Positions 1 through 14,439 of a stretch of 64,000 nucleotides of DNA are shown piece after piece. Numbering within the stretch: position 1 is the first letter of the stretch; every line of letters starts with the position of its first letter. The stretch is from Auanema rhodensis (Eukaryota; Animalia; Nematoda). The position numbers and the translations under genes are program-made. The stretch is from positions 4,588,001-4,652,000 of the forward strand of contig OZ059900.1 of assembly GCA_964057225.1 (NCBI GenBank), read 5' to 3'. The notes under the pieces are model-generated. The model worked only from the letters and a program-made list of their open reading frames with translations, did no database searches and had not been told where the DNA came from.

Positions 1-1936
1 ACCTGTTCACAAAAAATTGGAAGTCCTATTTACCATGCATCAAACACAATACGATAGTGTTTCTAGACTAATATGACCATGGGGACTTCATTAAAATTAA
101 CAGTATTCTTTTATCTTTAACGGTATCCGAGTTACAAATCAAGATCACTTTCTTTGGATACTTAGGTGGTATAGCTACCTGTTCACAAAAAATTGGAAGT
201 CTTGGTTACCATGCATCAAATCCTTTAAGATAGTGTTTCTAGACTAATATAACCATGGGGACTTCATTAAATTTCACAGTATTCTTCTATCTTCAACGGT
301 ATCCGAGTTACAAATCAAGATCACTTTCTTTGGATACTTAGGTGGTATAGCTACCTGTTCACAAAAAATTGGAAGTCGTGGTTACCATGCATCAAACACA
401 ATAAGATAGTGTTTCTAGACTAATATAACCATGGGGACTTCATTAAAATTAACAGTATTCTTCTATCTTCAACGGTATCCGAGTTACAGATCAAGATCAC
501 TTTCTTTGGATACTTAGGTGATATAGCTACCTGATCACAAAAAATTGGAAGTCCTATTTACCATGCATCAAACACAATACGATAGTGTTTCTAGACTAAT
601 ATGACCATGGGGACTTCATTAAAATTAACAGTATTCTTTTATCTTTAACGGTATCCGAGTTACAAATCAAGATCACTTTCTTTGGATACTTAGGTGGTAT
701 AGCTACCTGTTCACAAAAAATTGGAAGTCTTGGTTACCATGCATCAAATCCTTTAAGATAGTGTTTCTAGACTAATATAACCATGGAGACTTCATTAAAC
801 TTCACAGTATTCTTCTATCTTCAACGGTATCCGAGTTACAAATCAAGATCACTTTCTTTGGATACTTAGGTGGTATAGCTACCTGTTCACAAAAAATTGG
901 AAGTCGTGGTTACCATGCATCAAACACAATAAGATAGTGTTTCTAGACTAATATAACCATGGGGACATCATTAAAATTAACAGTATTCTTCTATCTTCAA
1001 CGGTATCCGAGTTACAGATCAAGATCACTTTCTTTGGATACTTAGGTGGTATAGCTACCTGTTCACAAAAAATTGGAAGTCGTGGTTACCATGCATCAAA
1101 CACAATAAGATAGTGTTTCTAGACTAATATAACCATGGGGACTTCATTAAAATTAACAGTATTCTTCTATCTTCAACGGTATCCGAGTTACAGATCAAGA
1201 TCACTTTCTTTGGATACTTAGGTGGTATAGCTACCTGTTCACAAAAAATTGGAAGTCGTGGTTACCATGCATCAAACACAATAAGATAGTGTTTCTAGAC
1301 TAATATAACCATGGGGACTTCATTAAAATTAACAGTATTCTTCTATCTTCAACGGTATCCGAGTTACAGATCAAGATCACTTTCTTTGGATACTTAGGTG
1401 GTATAGCTACCTGTTCACAAAAAATTGGAAGTCTTGGTTACCATGCATCAAATCCTTTAAGATAGTGTTTCTAGACTAATATAACCATGGAGACTTCATT
1501 AAACTTCACAGTATTCTTCTATCTTCAACGGTATCCGAGTTACAAATCAAGATCACTTTCTTTGGATACTTAGGTGGTATAGCTACCTGTTCACAAAAAA
1601 TTGGAAGTCGTGGTTACCATGCATCAAACACAATAAGATAGTGTTTCTAGACTAATATAACCATGGAGACTTCATTAAACTTCACAGTATTCTTCTATCT
1701 TCAACGGTATCCGAGTTACAAATCAAGATCACTTTCTTTGGATACTTAGGTGGTATAGCTACCTGTTCACAAAAAATTGGAAGTCGTGGTTACCATGCAT
1801 CAAACACAATAAGATAGTGTTTCTAGACTAATATAACCATGGGGACTTCATTAAAATTAACAGTATTCTTCTATCTTCAACGGTATCCGAGTTACAGATC
1901 AAGATCACTTTCTTTGGATACTTAGGTGATATAGCT

Positions 1937-4900
1937 ACCTGATCACAAAAAATTGGAAGTCCTATTTACCCATGCATCAAACACAATACGATAGTGTTTC
2001 TAGACTAATATGACCATGGGGAGTTTATTAAAATTAACAGTATTCTTTTATCTTTAACGGTATCCGAGTTACAAATCAAGATCACTCTCTTTGGATACTT
2101 AGGTGGTATAGCTACCTGTTCACAAAAAATTGGAAGTCTTGGTTACCATGCATCAAATCCTTTAAGATAGTGTTTCTAGACTAATATAACCATGGAGACT
2201 TCATTAAACTTCACAGTATTCTTCTATCTTCAACGGTATCCGAGTTACAAATCAAGATCACTTTCTTTGGATACTTAGGTGGTATAGCTACCTGTTCACA
2301 AAAAATTGGAAGTCGTGGTTACCATGCATCAAACACAATAAGATAGTGTTTCTAGACTAATATAACCATGGGGACTTCATTAAAATTAACAGTATTCTTC
2401 TATCTTCAACGGTATCCGAGTTACAGATCAAGATCACTTTCTTTGGATACTTAGGTGATATAGCTACCTGATCACAAAAAATTGGAAGTCCTATTTACCA
2501 TGCATCAAACACAATACGATAGTGTTTCTAGACTAATATGACCATGGGGACTTCATTAAAATTAACAGTATTCTTTTATCTTTAACGGTATCCGAGTTAC
2601 AAATCAAGATCACTTTCTTTGGATACTTAGGTGGTATAGCTACCTGTTCACAAAAAATTGGAAGTCTTGGTTACCATGCATCAAATCCTTTAAGATAGTG
2701 TTTCTAGACTAATAAAACCATGGGGACTTTATTAAATTTCACAGTATTCTTCTATCTTCAACGGTATCCGAGTTACAAATCAAGATCACATTCTTTGGAT
2801 ACTTAGGTGGTATAGCTACCTGTTCACAAAAAATTGGAAGTCCTGGTTACCATGCATCAAACCCATTAAGATTGTGTTTCTAGACTAATATGACCATGAG
2901 AAATTGATTTAAGTTCACAGTATTCTTCTATCTTTAACGGTATCCGAGTTACAAATCAAGATCACTTTTTTTGGATACTTAGGTGGTATAGCTACCTGTT
3001 CACAAAAAATTGGAAGTCCTATTTACCCATGCATCAAACACAATACGATAGTGTTTCTAGACTAATATGACCATGGGGAGTTCATTAAATTTAACAGTAT
3101 TCTTTTATCTTTAACGGTATCCGAGTTACAAATCAAGATCACTTTCTTTGGATACTTAGGTGGTATAGCTACCTGTTCACAAAAAATTGGAAGTCTTGGT
3201 TACCATGCATCAAATCCTTTAAGATAGTGTTTCTAGACTAATATAACCATGGAGACTTCATTAAATTTCACAGTATTCTTCTATCTTCAACGGTATCCGA
3301 GTTACAAATCAAGATCACTTTCTTTGGATACTTAGGTGGTATAGCTACCTGTTCACAAAAAATTGGAAGTCGTGGTTACCATGCATCAAACACAATAAGA
3401 TAGTGTTTCTAGACTAATATAACCATGGGGACTTCATTAAAATTAACAGTATTCTTCTATCTTCAACGGTATCCGAGTTACAGATCAAGATCACTTTCTT
3501 TGGATACTTAGGTGATATAGCTACCTGTTCACAAAAAATTGGAAGTCCTATTTACCATGCATCAAACACAATACGATAGTGTTTCTAGACTAATATGACC
3601 ATGGGGACTTCATTAAAATTAACAGTATTCTTTTATCTTTAACGGTATCCGAGTTACAAATCAAGATCACTCTCTTTGGATACTTAGGTGGTATAGCTAC
3701 CTGTTCACAAAAAATTGGAAGTCTTGGTTACCATGCATCAAATCCTTTAAGATAGTGTTTCTAGACTAATATAACCATGGGGACTTTATTAAATTTCACA
3801 GTATTCTTCTATCTTCAACGGTATCCGAGTTACAAATCAAGATCACTTTCTTTGGATACTTAGGTGGTATAGCTACCTGTTCACAAAAAATTGGAAGTCC
3901 TGGTTACCATGCATCAAACCCATTAAGATTGTGTTTCTAGACTAATATGACCATGAGAAATTGATTTAAGTTCACAGTATTCTTCTATCTTTAACGGTAT
4001 CCGAGTTACAAATCAAGATCACTTTCTTTGGATACTTAGGTGGTATAGCTACCTGTTCACAAAAAATTGGAAGTCCTATTTACCCATGCATCAAACACAA
4101 TACGATAGTGTTTCTAGACTAATATGACCATGGGGAGTTCATTAAATTTCACAGTATTCTTCTATCTTCAACGGTATCCGAGTTACAAATCAAGATCACT
4201 TTCTTTGGATACTTAGGTGGTATAGCTACCTGTTCACAAAAAATTGGAAGTCCTATTTACCATGCATCAAACACAATACGATAGTGTTTCTAGACTAATA
4301 TGACCATGGGGACTTCATTAAAATTAACAGTATTCTTTTATCTTTAACGGTATCCGAGTTACAAATCAAGATCACTTTCTTTGGATACTTAGGTGGTATA
4401 GCTACCTGTTCACAAAAAATTGGAAGTCTTGGTTACCATGCATCAAATCCTTTAAGATAGTGTTTCTAGACTAATATAACCATGGGGACTTCATTAAATT
4501 TCACAGTATTCTTCTATCTTCAACGGTATCCGAGTTACAAATCAAGTTCACTTTCTTTGGATACTTAGGTGGTATAGCTACCTGTTCACAAAAAATTGGA
4601 AGTCCTGGTTACCATGCATCAAACCCATTAAGATTGTGTTTCTAGACTAATATGACCATGGGGACTTCATTAAAATTAACAGTATTCTTTTATCTTTAAC
4701 GGTATCCGAGTTACAAATCAAGATCACTTTCTTTGGATACTTAGGTGGTATAGCTACCTGTTCACAAAAAATTGGAAGTCCTGGTTACCATGCATCAAAC
4801 CCATTAAGATAGTGTTTCTAGACTAATATAACCATGGGGACTTCATTAAATTTCACAGTATTCTTCTATCTTCAACGGTATCCGAGTTACAAATCAAGAT

Positions 4901-7900
4901 CACTTTCTTTGGATACTTAGGTGGTATAGCTACCTGTTCACAAAAAATTGGAAGTCCTGGTTACCATGCATCAAACCCATTAAGATTGTGTTTCTAGACT
5001 AATATGACCATGAGAAATTGATTTACGTTCACAGTATTCTTCTATCTTTAACGGTATCCGAGTTACAAATCAAGATCACTTTCTTTGGATACTTAGGTGG
5101 TATAGCTACCTGTTCACAAAAAATTGGAAGTCCTATTTACCCATGCATCAAACACAATACGATAGTGTTTCTAGACTAATATGACCATGGGGAGTTCATT
5201 AAAATTAACAGTATTCTTTTATCTTTAACGGTATCCGAGTTACAAATCAAGATCACTCTCTTTGGATACTTAGGTGGTATAGCTACCTGTTCACAAAAAA
5301 TTGGAAGTCTTGGTTACCATGCATCAAATCCTTTAAGATAGTGTTTCTAGACTAATATAACCATGGAGACTTCATTAAACTTCACAGTATTCTTCTATCT
5401 TCAACGGTATCCGAGTTACAAATCAAGATCACTTTCTTTGGATACTTAGGTGGTATAGCTACCTGTTCACAAAAAATTGGAAGTCGTGGTTACCATGCAT
5501 CAAACACAATAAGATAGTGTTTCTAGACTAATATAACCATGGGGACTTCATTAAAATTAACAGTATTCTTCTATCTTCAACGGTATCCGAGTTACAGATC
5601 AAGATCACTTTCTTTGGATACTTAGGTGATATAGCTACCTGATCACAAAAAATTGGAAGTCCTATTTACCATGCATCAAACACAATACGATAGTGTTTCT
5701 AGACTAATATGACCATGGGGACTTCATTAAAATTAACAGTATTCTTTTATCTTTAACGGTATCCGAGTTACAAATCAAGATCACTTTCTTTGGATACTTA
5801 GGTGGTATAGCTACCTGTTCACAAAAAATTGGAAGTCTTGGTTACCATGCATCAAATCCTTTAAGATAGTGTTTCTAGACTAATATAACCATGGGGACTT
5901 TATTAAATTTCACAGTATTCTTCTATCTTCAACGGTATCCGAGTTACAAATCAAGATCACATTCTTTGGATACTTAGGTGGTATAGCTACCTGTTCACAA
6001 AAAATTGGAAGTCCTGGTTACCATGCATCAAACCCATTAAGATTGTGTTTCTAGACTAATATGACCATGAGAAATTGATTTAAGTTCACAGTATTCTTCT
6101 ATCTTTAACGGTATCCGAGTTACAAATCAAGATCACTTTTTTTGGATACTTAGGTGGTATAGCTACCTGTTCACAAAAAATTGGAAGTCCTGGTTACCAT
6201 GCATCAAACCCATTAAGATTGTGTTTCTAGACTAATATGACCATGGGGACTTCATTAAAATTAACAGTATTCTTGTATCTTTAACGGTATCCGAGTTACA
6301 AATCAAGATCACTTTCTTTGGATACTTAGGTGGTATAGCTACCTGTTCACAAAAAATTGGAAGTCCTGGTTACCATGCATCAAACCCATTAAGATAGTGT
6401 TTCTAGACTAATATAACCATGGGGACTTCATTAAATTTCACAGTATTCTTCTATCTTCAACGGTATCCGAGTTACAAATCAAGATCACTTTCTTTGGATA
6501 CTTAGGTGGTATAGCTACCTGTTCACAAAAAATTGGAAGTCCTGGTTACCATGCATCAAACCCATTAAGATTGTGTTTCTAGACTAATATGACCATGAGA
6601 AATTGATTTAAGTTCACAGTATTCTTCTATCTTTAACGGTATCCGAGTTACAAATCAAGATCACTTTCTTTGGATACTTAGGTGGTATAGCTACCTGTTC
6701 ACAAAAAATTGGAAGTCCTATTTACCCATGCATCAAACACAATACGATAGTGTTTCTAGACTAATATGACCATGGGGAGTTCATTAAAATTAACAGTATT
6801 CTTTTATCTTTAACGGTATCCGAGTTACAAATCAAGATCACTCTCTTTGGATACTTAGGTGGTATAGCTACCTGTTCACAAAAAATTGGAAGTCTTGGTT
6901 ACCATGCATCAAATCCTTTAAGATAGTGTTTCTAGACTAATATAACCATGGAGACTTCATTAAACTTCACAGTATTCTTCTATCTTCAACGGTATCCGAG
7001 TTACAAATCAAGATCACTTTCTTTGGATACTTAGGTGGTATAGCTACCTGTTCACAAAAAATTGGAAGTCGTGGTTACCATGCATCAAACACAATAAGAT
7101 AGTGTTTCTAGACTAATATAACCATGGGGACTTCATTAAAATTAACAGTATTCTTCTATCTTCAACGGTATCCGAGTTACAGATCAAGATCACTTTCTTT
7201 GGATACTTAGGTGATATAGCTACCTGATCACAAAAAATTGGAAGTCCTATTTACCATGCATCAAACACAATACGATAGTGTTTCTAGACTAATATGACCA
7301 TGGGGACTTCATTAAAATTAACAGTATTCTTTTATCTTTAACGGTATCCGAGTTACAAATCAAGATCACTTTCTTTGGATACTTAGGTGGTATAGCTACC
7401 TGTTCACAAAAAATTGGAAGTCTTGGTTACCATGCATCAAATCCTTTAAGATAGTGTTTCTAGACTAATATAACCATGGGGACTTTATTAAATTTCATAG
7501 TATTCTTCTATCTTCAACGGTATCCGAGTTACAAATCAAGATCACATTCTTTGGATACTTAGGTGGTATAGCTACCTGTTCACAAAAAATTGGAAGTCCT
7601 GGTTACCATGCATCAAACCCATTAAGATTGTGTTTCTAGACTAATATGACCATGAGAAATTGATTTAAGTTCACAGTATTCTTCTATCTTTAACGGTATC
7701 CGAGTTACAAATCAAGATCACTTTTTTTGGATACTTAGGTGGTATAGCTACCTGTTCACAAAAAATTGGAAGTCCTATTTACCCATGCATCAAACACAAT
7801 ACGATAGTGTTTCTAGACTAATATGACCATGGGGAGTTCATTAAAATTAACAGTATTCTTTTATCTTTAACGGTATCCGAGTTACAAATCAAGATCACTT

Positions 7901-8983
7901 TCTTTGGATACTTAGGTGGTATAGCTACCTGTTCACAAAAAATTGGAAGTCTTGGTTACCATGCATCAAATCCTTTAAGATAGTGTTTCTAGACTAATAT
8001 AACCATGGAGACTTCATTAAAATTAACAGTATTCTTCTATCTTCAACGGTATCCGAGTTACAAATCAAGATCACTTTCTTTGGATACTTAGGTGGTATAG
8101 CTACCTGTTCACAAAAAATTGGAAGTCGTGGTTACCATGCATCAAACACAATAAGATAGTGTTTCTAGACTAATATAACCATGGGGACTTCATTAAAATT
8201 AACAGTATTCTTCTATCTTCAACGGTATCCGAGTTACAGATCAAGATCACTTTCTTTGGATACTTAGGTGATATAGCTACCTGTTCACAAAAAATTGGAA
8301 GTCCTATTTACCATGCATCAAACACAATACGATAGTGTTTCTAGACTAATATGACCATGGGGACTTCATTAAAATTAACAGTATTCTTTTATCTTTAACG
8401 GTATCCGAGTTACAAATCAAGATCACTCTCTTTGGATACTTAGGTGGTATAGCTACCTGTTCACAAAAAATTGGAAGTCTTGGTTACCATGCATCAAATC
8501 CTTTAAGATAGTGTTTCTAGACTAATATAACCATGGGGACTTTATTAAATTTCACAGTATTCTTCTATCTTCAACGGTATCCGAGTTACAAATCAAGATC
8601 ACTTTCTTTGGATACTTAGGTGGTATAGCTACCTGTTCACAAAAAATTGGAAGTCCTGGTTACCATGCATCAAACCCATTAAGATTGTGTTTCTAGACTA
8701 ATATGACCATGAGAAATTGATTTAAGTTCACAGTATTCTTCTATCTTTAACGGTATCCGAGTTACAAATCAAGATCACTTTCTTTGGATACTTAGGTGGT
8801 ATAGCTACCTGTTCACAAAAAATTGGAAGTCCTATTTACCCATGCATCAAACACAATACGATAGTGTTTCTAGACTAATATGACCATGGGGAGTTCATTA
8901 AAATTAACAGTATTCTTTTATCTTTAACGGTATCCGAGTTACAAATCAAGATCACTCTCTTTGGATACTTAGGTGGTATAGCT
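1937..8983 (+). repeat. 6-mer higher-order repeat domain (1057 bp), marked by a 177-bp monomer; includes a 9-mer (1585 bp) duplication
   Basis: 177-bp monomers (tttacCcatg, ggggagtt) start at 1937, 2994, 4051, 5108, 6693, 7750 and 8807, giving spacings of 1057, 1057, 1057, 1585, 1057 and 1057. The same order of six monomer types is seen at 1937, 2994, 5108, 6693 and 7750. Segment 4580-6164 matches 6165-7749. Confidence 0.9.
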
Positions 8984-9159
8984 ACCTGTTCACAAAAAAT
9001 TGGAAGTCTTGGTTACCATGCATCAAATCCTTTAAGATAGTGTTTCTAGACTAATATAACCATGGAGACTTCATTAAATTTCACAGTATTCTTCTATCTT
9101 CAACGGTATCCGAGTTACAAATCAAGATCACTTTCTTTGGATACTTAGGTGGTATAGCT

Positions 9160-12100
9160 ACCTGTTCACAAAAAATTGGAAGTCGTGGTTACCATGCATC
9201 AAACACAATAAGATAGTGTTTCTAGACTAATATAACCATGGGGACTTCATTAAAATTAACAGTATTCTTCTATCTTCAACGGTATCCGAGTTACAGATCA
9301 AGATCACTTTCTTTGGATACTTAGGTGATATAGCTACCTGTTCACAAAAAATTGGAAGTCCTATTTACCATGCATCAAACACAATACGATAGTGTTTCTA
9401 GACTAATATGACCATGGGGACTTCATTAAAATTAACAGTATTCTTTTATCTTTAACGGTATCCGAGTTACAAATCAAGATCACTTTCTTTGGATACTTAG
9501 GTGGTATAGCTACCTGTTCACAAAAAATTGGAAGTCTTGGTTACCATGCATCAAACACAATACGATAGTGTTTCTAGACTAATATGACCATGGGGAGTTC
9601 ATTAAAATTAACAGTATTCTTTTATCTTTAACGGTATCCGAGTTACAAATCAAGATCACTCTCTTTGGATACTTAGGTGGTATAGCTACCTGTTCACAAA
9701 AAATTGGAAGTCGTGGTTACCATGCATCAAACACAATAAGATAGTGTTTCTAGACTAATATAACCATGGGGACTTCATTAAAATTAACAGTATTCTTCTA
9801 TCTTCAACGGTATCCGAGTTACAGATCAAGATCACTTTCTTTGGATACTTAGGTGATATAGCTACCTGTTCACAAAAAATTGGAAGTCCTATTTACCATG
9901 CATCAAACACAATACGATAGTGTTTCTAGACTAATATGACCATGGGGACTTCATTAAAATTAACAGTATTCTTTTATCTTTAACGGTATCCGAGTTACAA
10001 ATCAAGATCACTCTCTTTGGATACTTAGGTGGTATAGCTACCTGTTCACAAAAAATTGGAAGTCTTGGTTACCATGCATCAAATCCTTTAAGATAGTGTT
10101 TCTAGACTAATATAACCATGGGGACTTTATTAAATTTCACAGTATTCTTCTATCTTCAACGGTATCCGAGTTACAAATCAAGATCACTTTCTTTGGATAC
10201 TTAGGTGGTATAGCTACCTGTTCACAAAAAATTGGAAGTCCTGGTTACCATGCATCAAACCCATTAAGATTGTGTTTCTAGACTAATATGACCATGAGAA
10301 ATTGATTTAAGTTCACAGTATTCTTCTATCTTTAACGGTATCCGAGTTACAAATCAAGATCACTTTCTTTGGATACTTAGGTGATATAGCTACCTGTTCA
10401 CAAAAAATTGGAAGTCCTATTTACCATGCATCAAACACAATACGATAGTGTTTCTAGACTAATATGACCATGGGGACTTCATTAAAATTAACAGTATTCT
10501 TTTATCTTTAACGGTATCCGAGTTACAAATCAAGATCACTTTCTTTGGATACTTAGGTGGTATAGCTACCTGTTCACAAAAAATTGGAAGTCCTGGTTAC
10601 CATGCATCAAACCCATTAAGATAGTGTTTCTAGACTAATATAACCATGGGGACTTCATTAAAATTAACAGTATTCTTCTATCTTCAACGGTATCCGAGTT
10701 ACAAATCAAGATCACTTTCTTTGGATACTTAGGTGGTATAGCTACCTGTTCACAAAAAATTGGAAGTCTTGGTTACCATGCATCAAACACAATACGATAG
10801 TGTTTCTAGACTAATATAACCATGGGGACTTCATTAAAATTAACAGTATTCTTCTATCTTCAACGGTATCCGAGTTACAGATCAAGATCACTTTCTTTGG
10901 ATACTTAGGTGATATAGCTACCTGTTCACAAAAAATTGGAAGTCCTATTTACCATGCATCAAACACAATACGATAGTGTTTCTAGACTAATATGACCATG
11001 GGGACTTCATTAAAATTAACAGTATTCTTCTATCTTCAACGGTATCCGAGTTACAGATCAAGATCACTTTCTTTGGATACTTAGGTGATATAGCTACCTG
11101 TTCACAAAAAATTGGAAGTCGTGGTTACCATGCATCAAACACAATAAGATAGTGTTTCTAGACTAATATAACCATGGGGACTTCATTAAAATTAACAGTA
11201 TTCTTCTATCTTCAACGGTATCCGAGTTACAAATCAAGATCACTTTCTTTGGATACTTAGGTGGTATAGCTACCTGTTCACAAAAAATTGGAAGTCGTGG
11301 TTACCATGCATCAAACACAATAAGATAGTGTTTCTAGACTAATATAACCATGGGGACTTCATTAAAATTAACAGTATTCTTCTATCTTCAACGGTATCCG
11401 AGTTACAGATCAAGATCACTTTCTTTGGATACTTAGGTGATATAGCTACCTGTTCACAAAAAATTGGAAGTCCTATTTACCATGCATCAAACACAATACG
11501 ATAGTGTTTCTAGACTAATATGACCATGGGGACTTCATTAAAATTAACAGTATTCTTTTATCTTTAACGGTATCCGAGTTACAAATCAAGATCACTTTCT
11601 TTGGATACTTAGGTGGTATAGCTACCTGTTCACAAAAAATTGGAAGTCTTGGTTACCATGCATCAAACACAATACGATAGTGTTTCTAGACTAATATGAC
11701 CATGGGGAGTTCATTAAAATTAACAGTATTCTTTTATCTTTAACGGTATCCGAGTTACAAATCAAGATCACTCTCTTTGGATACTTAGGTGGTATAGCTA
11801 CCTGTTCACAAAAAATTGGAAGTCGTGGTTACCATGCATCAAACACAATAAGATAGTGTTTCTAGACTAATATAACCATGGGGACTTCATTAAAATTAAC
11901 AGTATTCTTCTATCTTCAACGGTATCCGAGTTACAGATCAAGATCACTTTCTTTGGATACTTAGGTGATATAGCTACCTGTTCACAAAAAATTGGAAGTC
12001 CTATTTACCATGCATCAAACACAATACGATAGTGTTTCTAGACTAATATGACCATGGGGACTTCATTAAAATTAACAGTATTCTTTTATCTTTAACGGTA

Positions 12101-13207
12101 TCCGAGTTACAAATCAAGATCACTCTCTTTGGATACTTAGGTGGTATAGCTACCTGTTCACAAAAAATTGGAAGTCTTGGTTACCATGCATCAAATCCTT
12201 TAAGATAGTGTTTCTAGACTAATATAACCATGGGGACTTTATTAAATTTCACAGTATTCTTCTATCTTCAACGGTATCCGAGTTACAAATCAAGATCACT
12301 TTCTTTGGATACTTAGGTGGTATAGCTACCTGTTCACAAAAAATTGGAAGTCCTGGTTACCATGCATCAAACCCATTAAGATTGTGTTTCTAGACTAATA
12401 TGACCATGAGAAATTGATTTAAGTTCACAGTATTCTTCTATCTTTAACGGTATCCGAGTTACAAATCAAGATCACTTTCTTTGGATACTTAGGTGATATA
12501 GCTACCTGTTCACAAAAAATTGGAAGTCCTATTTACCATGCATCAAACACAATACGATAGTGTTTCTAGACTAATATGACCATGGGGACTTCATTAAAAT
12601 TAACAGTATTCTTTTATCTTTAACGGTATCCGAGTTACAAATCAAGATCACTTTCTTTGGATACTTAGGTGGTATAGCTACCTGTTCACAAAAAATTGGA
12701 AGTCCTGGTTACCATGCATCAAACCCATTAAGATAGTGTTTCTAGACTAATATAACCATGGGGACTTCATTAAAATTAACAGTATTCTTCTATCTTCAAC
12801 GGTATCCGAGTTACAAATCAAGATCACTTTCTTTGGATACTTAGGTGGTATAGCTACCTGTTCACAAAAAATTGGAAGTCTTGGTTACCATGCATCAAAC
12901 ACAATACGATAGTGTTTCTAGACTAATATAACCATGGGGACTTCATTAAAATTAACAGTATTCTTCTATCTTCAACGGTATCCGAGTTACAGATCAAGAT
13001 CACTTTCTTTGGATACTTAGGTGATATAGCTACCTGTTCACAAAAAATTGGAAGTCCTATTTACCATGCATCAAACACAATACGATAGTGTTTCTAGACT
13101 AATATGACCATGGGGACTTCATTAAAATTAACAGTATTCTTTTATCTTTAACGGTATCCGAGTTACAAATCAAGATCACTTTCTTTGGATACTTAGGTGG
13201 TATAGCT
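9160..13207 (+). repeat. Tandem duplication with a 12-monomer (2112 bp) period
   Basis: The monomer type order from 9160 is repeated from 11272, including the rare hybrid monomers at 9512/11624 and 10744/12856. Confidence 0.85.
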
Positions 13208-13383
13208 ACCTGTTCACAAAAAATTGGAAGTCTTGGTTACCATGCATCAAATCCTTTAAGATAGTGTTTCTAGACTAATATAACCATGGGGACTTCATTA
13301 AATTTCACAGTATTCTTCTATCTTCAACGGTATCCGAGTTACAAATCAAGATCACTTTCTTTGGATACTTAGGTGGTATAGCT

Positions 13384-14439
13384 ACCTGTTCACAAAAAAT
13401 TGGAAGTCTTGGTTACCATGCATCAAATCCTTTAAGATAGTGTTTCTAAACTAATATAACCATGGGGACTTCATTAAAATTAACAGTATTCTTTTATCTT
13501 CAACGGTATCCGAGTTACAAATCAAGATCACTTTCTTTGGATACTTAGGTGGTATAGCTACCTGTTCACAAAAAATTGGAAGTCTTGGTTACCATGCATC
13601 AAACCCATTAAGATTGTGTTTCTAGACTAATATGACCATGAGAAATTTATTTAAGTTCACAGTATTCTTCTATCTTTAACGGTATCCGAGTTACAAATCA
13701 AGATCACTTTCTTTGGATACTTAGGTGGTATAGCTACCTGTTCACAAAAAATTGGAAGTCCTGGTTACCATGCATCAAACCCATTAAGATTGTGTTTCTA
13801 GACTAATATGACCATGATGACTTCATTAAATTTCACAGTATTCTTCTATCTTCAACGGTATCCGAGTTACAAATCAAGATCACTTTCTTTGGATACTTAG
13901 GTGGTATAGCTACCTGTTCACAAAAAATTGGAAGTCTTGGTTACCATGCATCAAATCCTTTAAGATAGTGTTTCTAAACTAATATAACCATGGGGACTTT
14001 ATTAAAATTAACAGTATTCTTTTATCTTCAACGGTATCCGAGTTACAAATCAAGATCACTTTCTTTGGATACTTAGGTGGTATAGCTACCTGTTCACAAA
14101 AAATTGGAAGTCTTGGTTACCATGCATCAAACCCATTAAGATTGTGTTTCTAGACTAATATGACCATGAGAAATTTATTTAAGTTCACAGTATTCTTCTA
14201 TCTTTAACGGTATCCGAGTTACAAATCAAGATCACTTTCTTTGGATACTTAGGTGGTATAGCTACCTGTTCACAAAAAATTGGAAGTCCTGGTTACCATG
14301 CATCAAACCCATTAAGATTGTGTTTCTAGACTAATATGACCATGATGACTTCATTAAATTTCACAGTATTCTTCTATCTTCAACGGTATCCGAGTTACAA
14401 ATCAAGATCACTTTCTTTGGATACTTAGGTGGTATAGCT
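13384..14439 (+). repeat. 3-monomer (528 bp) tandem duplication
   Basis: The order ctaaact monomer / gagaaatttattt monomer / atgatgac monomer occurs at 13384 and again at 13912. Confidence 0.8.

Noticed and set aside
150-176. Identity with the Brassica 176-bp centromeric repeat (CentBr)
   Set aside because: The length is the same and a short tttggatac...gtggt stretch resembles my recollection of it, but the rest of the monomer does not. An alignment would be needed.
1-176. 5S rRNA, tRNA or snRNA tandem gene array
   Set aside because: I see no recognisable 5S sequence, A/B boxes or cloverleaf. The best hairpin (aggtggt-ata-gctacct) is short and needs two G-T pairs.
1-176. Ancestral 44- or 88-bp subrepeat (accatg at 32 and 76; ttcaca at 6 and 97)
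   Set aside because: These are only isolated 6-mers with inconsistent spacing, not distinguishable from chance by eye.
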